A stretch of 64,000 nt of DNA from an uncultured Acidobacteriota bacterium (GTDB lineage: Bacteria; Acidobacteriota; Thermoanaerobaculia; UBA5066; Gp7-AA6), in NCBI GenBank assembly GCA_963764715.1, contig CAVXTP010000026.1:22346-86345 (forward strand). Reading direction: 5' to 3'. Every line of letters begins with the position of its first letter. Within the stretch, counting starts at the first letter, position 1. The notes under the pieces are model-generated. The model saw nothing but the letters and a program-made list of their open reading frames with translations, ran no database searches and was not told where the DNA came from. Shown here piece after piece: positions 21,197 to 29,053 of this stretch. The position numbers were made by a program, and so were the translations under genes.

Positions 21197-21751
21197 ATGC
21201 GGAGGCCCGGGGCCGCCAACGAGCGTCTGCGGCGGAGGTATCGGCCGGACCGGGTGCGCATCCTCTTCGTGGGCGAGGCGCCGCCGGCCTCGGGCCGCTT
21301 CTTCTACGCCGGCGACTCGGGCCTCTATCGGGCCGTCCGCGAGGCGTTCGAGGCGGCGTTTCCGGCCCGCCGGGGCGCGCGCTTCCTCGATTCGTTCCGG
21401 GCGCGGGGCTGTTACCTGGTCGACCTGTGCCGCGACCCGGTCGACCGCCTGCGGCCGCCCGCCCGCCGCCGCGCCCGGCGGGAGGGCGAGCCCCGCCTCG
21501 TCCGCTTCGTGCGCCGGGCGCGGCCCGAGGCCGTGATCGTCGTCGTCCGGTCGATCGCCCCCAACGTCCGGCGGGCGCTCGCCGGGGCGGGCTTCACCGG
21601 GCGCCGCGCCGATTTCGCCTACCCCGGCCGCTGGAAACGGAACCGCGAAGCCTTCCTGCGGGACCTGCCGTCTTTCCTTCGCGGCGGCGAAACCTCTCGC
21701 GGTCCCCGGCGTACCTCCCGTCATGAAGGCTGTAGACCGACTCCACCCTGA
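21197..21751 (+). CDS. Uracil-DNA glycosylase-like superfamily protein
   Basis: RILFVGEAPP..GRFFY motif-A-like, YLVDLC, AYPG; start uncertain (21179 or 21197). Confidence 0.55.
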   Translation: MRRPGAANERLRRRYRPDRVRILFVGEAPPASGRFFYAGDSGLYRAVREAFEAAFPARRGARFLDSFRARGCYLVDLCRDPVDRLRPPARRRARREGEPRLVRFVRRARPEAVIVVVRSIAPNVRRALAGAGFTGRRADFAYPGRWKRNREAFLRDLPSFLRGGETSRGPRRTSRHEGCRPTPP

Positions 21752-21770
21752 AGATGTAGAGTGTCTACAT
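21730..21770. promoter_or_regulatory. Tandem operators at PadR-2 (ATGTAGA-N3-TCTACAT), overlapping the -10 box and start codon
   Basis: Perfect palindrome at 21754-21770; degenerate copy CTGTAGACCGACTCCAC at 21730-21746. Confidence 0.65.
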
Positions 21771-22137
21771 GGTTGAGAAACGCGAGCGCTATCGGGACCC
21801 GATCGATCTCCTCCAGGGGACGCTCGATCTCCTCGTGCTCCAGACGCTGACCTGGGGCCCCCAGCACGGCTACGGCATCACCGCCGCGATCAAGGCCGGC
21901 TCCCACAGCGCGCTCCAGGTGGATACCGGTTCCCTCTACCCGGCGCTCCATCGGCTGGAGCGAGAGGGCTCGGTCGCGTCCGAGTGGAAAGTCTCCGAAA
22001 ACCGTCAGCGCGTGAAGGTCTACCGGCTCACCCCGGCCGGCCGGCGCAAGCTCTCGCAGGAGCGTTCGCGCTGGGACCGCCTCCGGGAGGCGATGTCGGG
22101 CGTGCTCGACGCTTCGGAGGCTCCCGAGAGCGCATGA
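21769..22137 (+). CDS. PadR family transcriptional regulator
   Basis: LLQGTLDLLVLQTL, HGYGI, GSLYPALHRLE; ATGA overlap with the permease. Confidence 0.92.
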   Translation: MVEKRERYRDPIDLLQGTLDLLVLQTLTWGPQHGYGITAAIKAGSHSALQVDTGSLYPALHRLEREGSVASEWKVSENRQRVKVYRLTPAGRRKLSQERSRWDRLREAMSGVLDASEAPESA

Positions 22138-24752
22138 AGATCCCCCGGCCCTTCGTCGACCGCCGCCGGCGCGAGCGCGAGCTCGACGAGGAGCTCGCCG
22201 ACCACCTCGCGATGGCCGCCGCCGACCGCGAGGCGCGGGGCGAGCCGCCCGCCGCCGCGGCCGCCGCCGCACGGCGGGAGCTCGGCAACGAGGCCCTCAT
22301 CAAGGAGGCCGCGCGCGCCCAGTGGGGCTGGAGCTCGCTCGATCGGCTCCGCCAGGACCTGCGCTACGGCCTGCGCCTTCTGGCCCGGTCGCCCGGATTC
22401 GCCGCGGTCGCGATCCTGACCCTCGCCATCGGCATCGGCGCGAGCACGGCCATCCTCTCGGTCGTCGACGCCATCCTCCTTCGGCCCCTCGCCTATGCCG
22501 ATCCGGAGCGGCTCGTCGTTCTCCTGCACGGCGGCGACGGCCCGGTCGCTCCCGCGAACTACCTCGACTGGAAGGCCCGCGCGCGCTCCTTCGAGAGCAT
22601 GGGCGCGGCCGAATACTGGACTCCGAACCTGACCGCCGGGGACACGCCCGAGAAGCTGTGGGCGCTGCGGATGACGCCCGACGTGCTGCCGCTCCTGGGC
22701 GTCCGGCCGGCGCTCGGGCGGTTCTTCCTGCCGTCGGAGGCCGTCGCCGGCGCGGATCACGTCGTCGTGCTCGGCCACGGCGCCTGGAAGAGCCGGTTCG
22801 GCGCCGACCCCGGGATCGTCGGACGCGCGATCACGCTCAACGGCGAGCCCTACACGGTCGTCGGCGTCATGCCGCCCGGCTTCCAGTTCGCGCCCTTCTG
22901 GGCGACGCAGGCGCAGATCTGGGCGCCGCTCGACCTGACCTCCCGGTCGGCGAACCGCACGGGCGCGAGCCTGCGCATCTTCGCCCGGCTCCGGCCCGGC
23001 GCGACGGTCGAGAACGCGCGCCGCGAGCTCGCGGCGATCACGGTCGACCTCGACCGCGAGTTTCCGGGGACCAACCGCGGCATGACCGTCACCCCGCTCC
23101 TCGAGAAGGTCGTCGGCGACGTGCGCCCGGCGTTGATGATGCTGCTCGCCGCGGTGGGCCTCGTTCTCTCGATCGCCTGCGCGAACGTCGCCAACATGCT
23201 CCTCGCCCGCTCCTCGGCGCGGCAGCGGGAAGTTGCGCTGCGCTCGGCCCTCGGCGCGAGCCGCCGGCGCACCATCCGCCAGCTCCTCACCGAGTCCCTG
23301 GTCCTCGCCATGGCCGGCGGCATCGCGGGCGCGGCGTTCGGCGCATGGGCGCTGAAGGTCCTGGTGTCTCTCGCCCCGGAGGGCGTTCCCCGCCTCGCCG
23401 AGGCGCGCCTCGACCCGCGCGTCTTCTTCGCCGCCTTCGCCGTCTCGCTCGTTTCCGGCGTCCTCTTCGGGCTGGCGCCCGCGATCCAGTCCTCCGACGT
23501 GCGGCTCCGGGAGGCGCTCGACGAAGGCAGCCGCACCGGGGCCGGGCGCGAAGGCGGCCGGCTGCGCAGCATCTTCGTCGCGGCCGAGGTCGCGATCGCG
23601 ATCGTCCTGTTGATCGGCGCCGGGCTGATGACCCGGAGCTTCCTGGCGCTGCAGGCGATCGACCCCGGCTGGAACCCGGCGGGCGTCGTGACGCTCGAGG
23701 TCTCCGTCGCCGGCACGCGCCATGCCGCGCCCGGCCTGCGGCCTCCCCTCTACCGCCAGGTCCTCGAGCGCCTCTCGGGCGTTCCGGGCGTCACGGCCGC
23801 GGGCGCGATCAACCACATTCCGCTCGCGGGCGACATCTGGGGCCTTCCCTACGCCGTCGACGGGCGCCCGCCGGCGCTTCCGGGCGAGTCGCCCGTGGCG
23901 ACGTACCGGGCCGTTCTGCCGGGCTATTTCTCCGCGATGCGCCTACCGCTCGTGCGCGGACGCGACGTCACGCTCGCCGACGACGCCGGCGCGCCGCGGG
24001 TCGTCCTCGTCAACGAGCATCTGGCCGCCCGGCAGTGGCCCGGCGCGGACCCCCTCGGCCGCCGGATCATGCTCGACGACGAGAACTGGCTCACGGTCGT
24101 CGGAGTCGTGAAGAACGCGGTGCGCGGCGACTGGTCCGCGCCGCCCGGCGACGAGGTCTACCTGCCGGCCCTCCAGTCGCGGGAGCTGATGGGCTCGCCG
24201 CAGCCGATGTCGGCGTATCTGACCTACGTCGTGCGGACCGACGGCGACCCGGCGGCCCTCGCGGCGTCCCTTCGCGCCGCGGTCCGGTCGATCGATCCGA
24301 CGCTCCCGATCTCCGAGGTCGGCACGATGCGCTCGGTCGTCGCGGGGGCCAATGCCCGGGCCCGCTTCCAGACGCTGCTGCTCGCGGCCTTCGCCGCGGC
24401 CGCGGCGCTTCTGGCGGCCGTCGGGATCTACGGCGTCATGAGTTACGCGGTCTCGAAGCGGGTCCGCGAGATCGGCGTGCGCATGGCCCTCGGCGCCGAC
24501 CCCGGCCGGGTCGTGCGGCTCGTCGTGCGGCAGGGCATGAAGGTGGCGATCGCGGGGGCGGCCGCCGGCCTCGTCGCGGCCCTCCTGCTGACGCGGCTCA
24601 TGGCGGGCCTCCTCTACGGCGTGCGCGCGTCCGACCCCGCGACGTACCTCGCCGTCGCGCTCCTGCTTCTCTCGATCGCCTGGACGGCGAGCTTCATCCC
24701 GGCCCGCCGCGCCGCGCGCATCGATCCGATGAAGGCGCTGCGGGCGGACTAG
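22134..24752 (+). CDS. ADOP-type duplicated ABC permease with N-terminal helical prefix
   Basis: RELDEELADHL prefix; DLRYGLRLL, ACANVANMLLAR, ARRAARIDPMKALR. Confidence 0.92.
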   Translation: MKIPRPFVDRRRRERELDEELADHLAMAAADREARGEPPAAAAAAARRELGNEALIKEAARAQWGWSSLDRLRQDLRYGLRLLARSPGFAAVAILTLAIGIGASTAILSVVDAILLRPLAYADPERLVVLLHGGDGPVAPANYLDWKARARSFESMGAAEYWTPNLTAGDTPEKLWALRMTPDVLPLLGVRPALGRFFLPSEAVAGADHVVVLGHGAWKSRFGADPGIVGRAITLNGEPYTVVGVMPPGFQFAPFWATQAQIWAPLDLTSRSANRTGASLRIFARLRPGATVENARRELAAITVDLDREFPGTNRGMTVTPLLEKVVGDVRPALMMLLAAVGLVLSIACANVANMLLARSSARQREVALRSALGASRRRTIRQLLTESLVLAMAGGIAGAAFGAWALKVLVSLAPEGVPRLAEARLDPRVFFAAFAVSLVSGVLFGLAPAIQSSDVRLREALDEGSRTGAGREGGRLRSIFVAAEVAIAIVLLIGAGLMTRSFLALQAIDPGWNPAGVVTLEVSVAGTRHAAPGLRPPLYRQVLERLSGVPGVTAAGAINHIPLAGDIWGLPYAVDGRPPALPGESPVATYRAVLPGYFSAMRLPLVRGRDVTLADDAGAPRVVLVNEHLAARQWPGADPLGRRIMLDDENWLTVVGVVKNAVRGDWSAPPGDEVYLPALQSRELMGSPQPMSAYLTYVVRTDGDPAALAASLRAAVRSIDPTLPISEVGTMRSVVAGANARARFQTLLLAAFAAAAALLAAVGIYGVMSYAVSKRVREIGVRMALGADPGRVVRLVVRQGMKVAIAGAAAGLVAALLLTRLMAGLLYGVRASDPATYLAVALLLLSIAWTASFIPARRAARIDPMKALRAD

Positions 24753-24771
24753 GCCGCGGGGCGACCCCGCG

Positions 24772-26226
24772 TCACGGCGCCGGCGTCCGGGCGAGAATCG
24801 CCGCGCCGGGCACGTGGTGGACCGCGGCCCGGGTCGGCGACGGCACGAGGATCGCCCCCGCGTGGGCGGCCACGCCCGCGGGCACGTGCCCGAGCGCGGC
24901 CGGCGGGACGCGGAGCATGCCGGGCCGGACCCACTGCGTCGCCGCGGGCGGGAAGCTCTGCCGGTGCGACGTGACGAAATTCACGGCGACCCGCGCGCGT
25001 CCGCCCGCGGGGCACCCGCCCTGCAGGCGATAGGCCACGACGGCGGTCCGGCCGTCGAACCGCTCGACGACGGCGGAGGACGACGTCAGGTTGTCCGCTT
25101 CCACGACCTCGGGATGCACCTCGGACACCGTCTCACCCGGCGCGAGATCGGCCGAGACCGTCAGCTCCCCTTCCTTCGCCGCACCGCAGGGCGCCTCGAT
25201 CGCCTCGGGCGTCGGCTGCGTCTGGCGCAGGGCGATCTTGGCGGTGGCGAAGTCGGCGATCCGGAACGCGGTCCCGCCCGCGAGGATCCCCGGCCGGACC
25301 TCGGCCACGGCCGTGCGCACCTGCATCGCCGCCGGGCCGAGCTGGTTCTTGTAGGCCGCGAGGAGCGCCACGTAGATCTCGTCGTCGCGGCCCTTCGGCT
25401 TCACGATGTCGAGATGGTTGGCCTGGATCGCCGTCGTGGCGCGGTTGCAGAGGTAGGTCGCGCTGACCTCGGGCACGATCTTGAACCCGTACGTGGGCCG
25501 CACCTCGTAGGCGCAGTACGACGAGACCTTGCGCGGATAGTCGAGGCCGGGGTCGTCGCTCGCCCGCAGCCAGCGCTCGCGGAGCGTCTTCACGTAGGTG
25601 TCCGGGCCGAGAGGCTGCATGTTGTCGAGCTGGGGGTTCGCGGTCAGGTGCATGGCGATCTCGGCGACGTTCGCGCCGGCCGTCGGCGTGCCGAAGAAGA
25701 AGAGGAAGGCGACCTTTTCCGGCGGGATGCGCGCGTCGAGCAGGTACGCGCGCACGACGAGCCCGCCCATGCTGTGGCAGACGAAGACGATCTCGCCGTG
25801 GTCCCGGATGACGTTCCGGGCGTCCAGGTAGTTCTTCAGACGGCCGGCGAGCTCGAGAATCTCTTGCGCGCTTCCGAGCTTCGGCGACTCGAAGTCGTAG
25901 ACGTAGATGTCGGACTCGGCGAACTCGGCGTCGGCGGCGAGGAGGTCCGGCCAGTAGGCGCCGCTCTCGGCGTTGGTCCACGTCGACACCGAATCGCCGA
26001 AGACCCCGTTGACGAAGATGATCACCCGGTTCTTGCCCGGTCCCCGCACGTAGCGCGAGCGCCCTCCCTCGGGCGCCGCCGGAGACGCCGTCACGCCGGC
26101 CGGCGCGCCCGGGCCCTTCGACTCCTTCTTCGGGCACCCGGCGGAGCTGAGCAGGACGAGGACACATGCCGCCGCGAAGCCGAGGTCCCTCCCCGAGCGA
26201 CGCCGCGGAGAGCCGATCATGCGCAT
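24772..26226 (-). CDS. Lipoprotein alpha/beta hydrolase (PGAP1/DUF676-like lipase)
   Basis: Lipobox-like LLSSAGC; IFVNGVFGDS..TW, CHSMGGLVVR nucleophile elbow, FFGTPTAG, NHLDIVKP. Confidence 0.7.
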   Translation of the reverse strand: MRMIGSPRRRSGRDLGFAAACVLVLLSSAGCPKKESKGPGAPAGVTASPAAPEGGRSRYVRGPGKNRVIIFVNGVFGDSVSTWTNAESGAYWPDLLAADAEFAESDIYVYDFESPKLGSAQEILELAGRLKNYLDARNVIRDHGEIVFVCHSMGGLVVRAYLLDARIPPEKVAFLFFFGTPTAGANVAEIAMHLTANPQLDNMQPLGPDTYVKTLRERWLRASDDPGLDYPRKVSSYCAYEVRPTYGFKIVPEVSATYLCNRATTAIQANHLDIVKPKGRDDEIYVALLAAYKNQLGPAAMQVRTAVAEVRPGILAGGTAFRIADFATAKIALRQTQPTPEAIEAPCGAAKEGELTVSADLAPGETVSEVHPEVVEADNLTSSSAVVERFDGRTAVVAYRLQGGCPAGGRARVAVNFVTSHRQSFPPAATQWVRPGMLRVPPAALGHVPAGVAAHAGAILVPSPTRAAVHHVPGAAILARTPAP

Positions 26227-26397
26227 CCTGCACCACCTGTCGGGAAGACGGCGGCCCCCCGGAGGACCGCCGTGGACCGGACGAGCGTACCGCGGAAACG
26301 CCGCCGGCGAAACGACCGCGGCGCGGCGGTCGTCGGAAACCGAGCGCCTGGTGCGACAATCCGAGAACACGCACACGCGACGACAAGGGAGGTCCTC

Positions 26398-27261
26398 ATG
26401 CCGTTCCGGTCCGGACTCGCCGCGCTCGCCGGCCTCGCCCTGGGCGCGGCGCTCACCGCCGCGCCCGACGCTCCGGCCCCCGGCACCGCCTCGGGACGGT
26501 TCGAGGACCGGAAGTGGAAGCTCGAGCTCGCCGGCGCCTACGCCTTCCGGGACAAGACCCGGGGCACGGGCGACGAGGAACGCATCCAGGTCGCGGTGTC
26601 GAACACGGGATTTCTGGCTTCGGCGGTCGACGAGTACTACGACCGCGGCCACGCGATAAGCACGCTCGTCGCCGACGAGGAGACGAAGGTCGTCTACTTC
26701 GAGTTCGACGACGCGGGCGGCTATCACGGGCTCTCCTACTACTTCGAGTCCGGCGTCGGCTGCGGCTGGTGCTACGACTCGAAGGTCAAGTCGACGGTGC
26801 GCGCCGTGAACGGGCGGCTGAAGGGCGATCTCTCGTACCGCGGCGACGACCGCTCGTTCCAGGTGACGCTCGACGTCCCGATTCCGCCGAAGGCCTGGGG
26901 CGACCCCCTGCCGCGCAACGGGGGCGATCCCGGGAAGGCTTACCTCGCGTGGTCCTCGGCCCTGGAGAAGCGCGACGAGAAGGCGTTCTATGCGCTCTCG
27001 GACGCCGACATGAAGAAGCGGTTCGACGAATTCGAGAAACAGGAACGGCTCGACGGGTGGCTCGACTACCGCTGGCACGACGAGCACACGGAACTGAAAA
27101 CGATCCGGATCACCGGCGGCTTCGTCCGGGGCGACCGCGCCGTGGTCCTTTTCGACGCCAGCAACTCCTACATCGACCACCTGCACGGCGAGGCGCTCCT
27201 GCGCCGCGAGGCCGGAGCGTGGCTCGTCCACGAAGACATGGTCGCGGTCGGAACGCGGTAG
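26398..27261 (+). CDS. Secreted hypothetical protein (beta-rich N-domain plus NTF2-like C-domain, CGWC motif)
   Basis: GGGAGG RBS, signal peptide, GC-rich third codon positions. Confidence 0.65.
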   Translation: MPFRSGLAALAGLALGAALTAAPDAPAPGTASGRFEDRKWKLELAGAYAFRDKTRGTGDEERIQVAVSNTGFLASAVDEYYDRGHAISTLVADEETKVVYFEFDDAGGYHGLSYYFESGVGCGWCYDSKVKSTVRAVNGRLKGDLSYRGDDRSFQVTLDVPIPPKAWGDPLPRNGGDPGKAYLAWSSALEKRDEKAFYALSDADMKKRFDEFEKQERLDGWLDYRWHDEHTELKTIRITGGFVRGDRAVVLFDASNSYIDHLHGEALLRREAGAWLVHEDMVAVGTR

Positions 27262-27276
27262 GCCCCGCGTCGCGGG

Positions 27277-27924
27277 CTACAGCAGCCCGACCGCGCGGGA
27301 GGCGAGGACGGCGATGCACAGGAGCGAGATCATCGCCTGCACGATCGTCAGGAGCTTCGCCCACCGCGAGAGCACGGGCGTGTCGGTCGGCGAGAACGCG
27401 GTGCTCGTGCAGAAGGCGATGAAGAGATAGTCGACGAAGTTCGGCGACCAGGGCGGCCCGGGCGCCACCGGCGCCCCGTCCATCATCTGCGGGAAGAAGA
27501 AGGCCCCCGCGGTGTGCCCGCCCCGGCGCTCCCGGGCATGCGGCCCGCCGGCGTCCAGCCTCCAGTACCAGAGCGCGAAGACGAGGATGTTCGTCAGCCA
27601 CAGGACGGCCGCCGACCGGAGCAGGGCCGCGGGCGGCTCGCGCTGGGTCGGCAGGATCACGAGGAGCGACCCGAGGGAGGCCGCGAGCGCGATGGTCACG
27701 ACGATGCTGATCGCATAGCCGAGGACCTTGTCGAGGAGGTGTCTTTGCGTTGCGTGCGCCACGAGCGTGGGAACGATCAGAACGGCGATGGCGACGGGCA
27801 GGAGCCACCGGGGACCGGGAACGAGGATGTCCGGGAGGGCGAGGGAGCTTCCGCCGAGCCCGATGATGGCGATCAGGACCGGCCAGCGGGCCTCGCGCTT
27901 CGAAACCTCGGTACGCCGAACCAC
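27277..27924 (-). CDS. DUF1345-like membrane protein
   Basis: WLTNILVFALWYWRLDAGGP, WSPNFVDYLF, STAFSPTD. Confidence 0.8.
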   Translation of the reverse strand: MVRRTEVSKREARWPVLIAIIGLGGSSLALPDILVPGPRWLLPVAIAVLIVPTLVAHATQRHLLDKVLGYAISIVVTIALAASLGSLLVILPTQREPPAALLRSAAVLWLTNILVFALWYWRLDAGGPHARERRGGHTAGAFFFPQMMDGAPVAPGPPWSPNFVDYLFIAFCTSTAFSPTDTPVLSRWAKLLTIVQAMISLLCIAVLASRAVGLL

Positions 27925-27973
27925 GGGGAGAGAGCCTAGCAGGAGCGTCCGGGCGGCCCCGGGCGGCCCCGCG

Positions 27974-28759
27974 CTACGAGGCCGGCCGGTGGGACGGATC
28001 GCCCCGCGAGGAGCGGGGCCGCCGCGGCTCGAGGCGGCCGTGGAGGGCGAGCGCGAGGCCGGCCCGCTCCGGCAGCCCGAGGGGCTCGTGCCCGAGCTCC
28101 CGCGCCGCCCGGTCGCCGAAGAGCGCCGCGATCAGCGTGCCCTGGTCCTCGCGGTCGAGGTGGCGCGCGATGACCTCGCGGGTCCGGACGAGCGCGTGGG
28201 GCTCGAGCGCGGGGTTGCGCGCGCCGGCGAGACGCATCGCCGTGCCTTCCTGCAGGAGGATGTCGCGGAGCGTCTGCGGAGCGCCGCGCTGGAGGACCCA
28301 GGCGGCGCGGAAGACGCTCACGAGGACCTCCTCGCGGATCTCGGCGGGGCCGTAGGTCTCGCTCGCCCAGAGAACGGGCGTGATCCAGCCGCGCTTCTCG
28401 AGCGCGAGCTCGCCGCGCAGGTGCGACAGCTCGGCCGCGGCCCGGTGGGTCCAGCCGCCGCCCATGTCGTCCGCGACGATGAGACCGATGCGGTAGCTCC
28501 CCGGCTCGGCCGCGACCTTCGGCTCGACGTCCCGCACGGCCTGCGCGGCGGCCTCCTCGGCGCCCATCGCCAGCAGGAGCTCGACGTGGCGGAGAACGTG
28601 GTCCTTCGCCATCGGATTCATCACCGTCAGGGGCAGGCGCAGATCGCCCGTCGCCGGATCGAGCATGCGGTCGAGGTACTTGCGAAACCGGTCGGGCCCG
28701 CGCGGGATCCGGTAGATGTCGCGCTGGACGGCGAGCAGGGGCACGTGCTCGAGCTTCAT
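27974..28759 (-). CDS. Hypothetical protein
   Basis: GAGG upstream; globular-looking sequence (MNPMAKDHV, VADDMGGGWT, LFGD). Confidence 0.6.
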   Translation of the reverse strand: MKLEHVPLLAVQRDIYRIPRGPDRFRKYLDRMLDPATGDLRLPLTVMNPMAKDHVLRHVELLLAMGAEEAAAQAVRDVEPKVAAEPGSYRIGLIVADDMGGGWTHRAAAELSHLRGELALEKRGWITPVLWASETYGPAEIREEVLVSVFRAAWVLQRGAPQTLRDILLQEGTAMRLAGARNPALEPHALVRTREVIARHLDREDQGTLIAALFGDRAARELGHEPLGLPERAGLALALHGRLEPRRPRSSRGDPSHRPAS

Positions 28760-28903
28760 CGGATCGGCTCATCCTCTCACGCCGATTCTCCTTGCAACTT
28801 CCCGGCCGGTTCGCTCGTAGCGAGACCGACGGCGGCGCCACGTGGCGGGTCACCCTGCGCGCGAAATACCGCCGCGCGGCCGCGCCCCGCTGACGCGGCG
28901 GCG

Positions 28904-28942
28904 GTGTCCGATTCCGGGACCCGGTTTCGCGAAAGCGGACAC
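28904..28942. promoter_or_regulatory. Putative bEBP enhancer (upstream activating sequence)
   Basis: Inverted GTGTCCG (28904-28910) and CGGACAC (28936-28942), about 75-110 bp upstream of the -24 box. Confidence 0.5.
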
Positions 28943-29015
28943 GGGTTCCGCGCCGAAGTCGTTGCTCCACCGGAACAACCGCCGCGTTTTCGCGTCTCTC
29001 GCATGGAGGGCCGGG

Positions 29016-29030
29016 TGGCACCGGGATTGC
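29016..29030 (+). promoter_or_regulatory. Sigma-54 (-24/-12) promoter
   Basis: TGGCAC-CGGGA-TTGC matches the TGGCAC-N5-TTGC consensus exactly; followed by a GGAGG RBS and ATG at 29054. Confidence 0.75.
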
Positions 29031-29053
29031 CACGCACGCCCCCGGAGGTGACG

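Noticed and set aside
24772-27261. Two fully overlapping ~815-aa ORFs on opposite strands
   Set aside because: Each is real only in its 3' part; they are two divergent genes starting near 26226 and 26398.
27728-29053. Apparent 442-aa N-terminal extension of the 29054 permease
   Set aside because: It overlaps opposite-strand genes and the sigma-54 promoter; the RBS and ATG at 29054 mark the real start.
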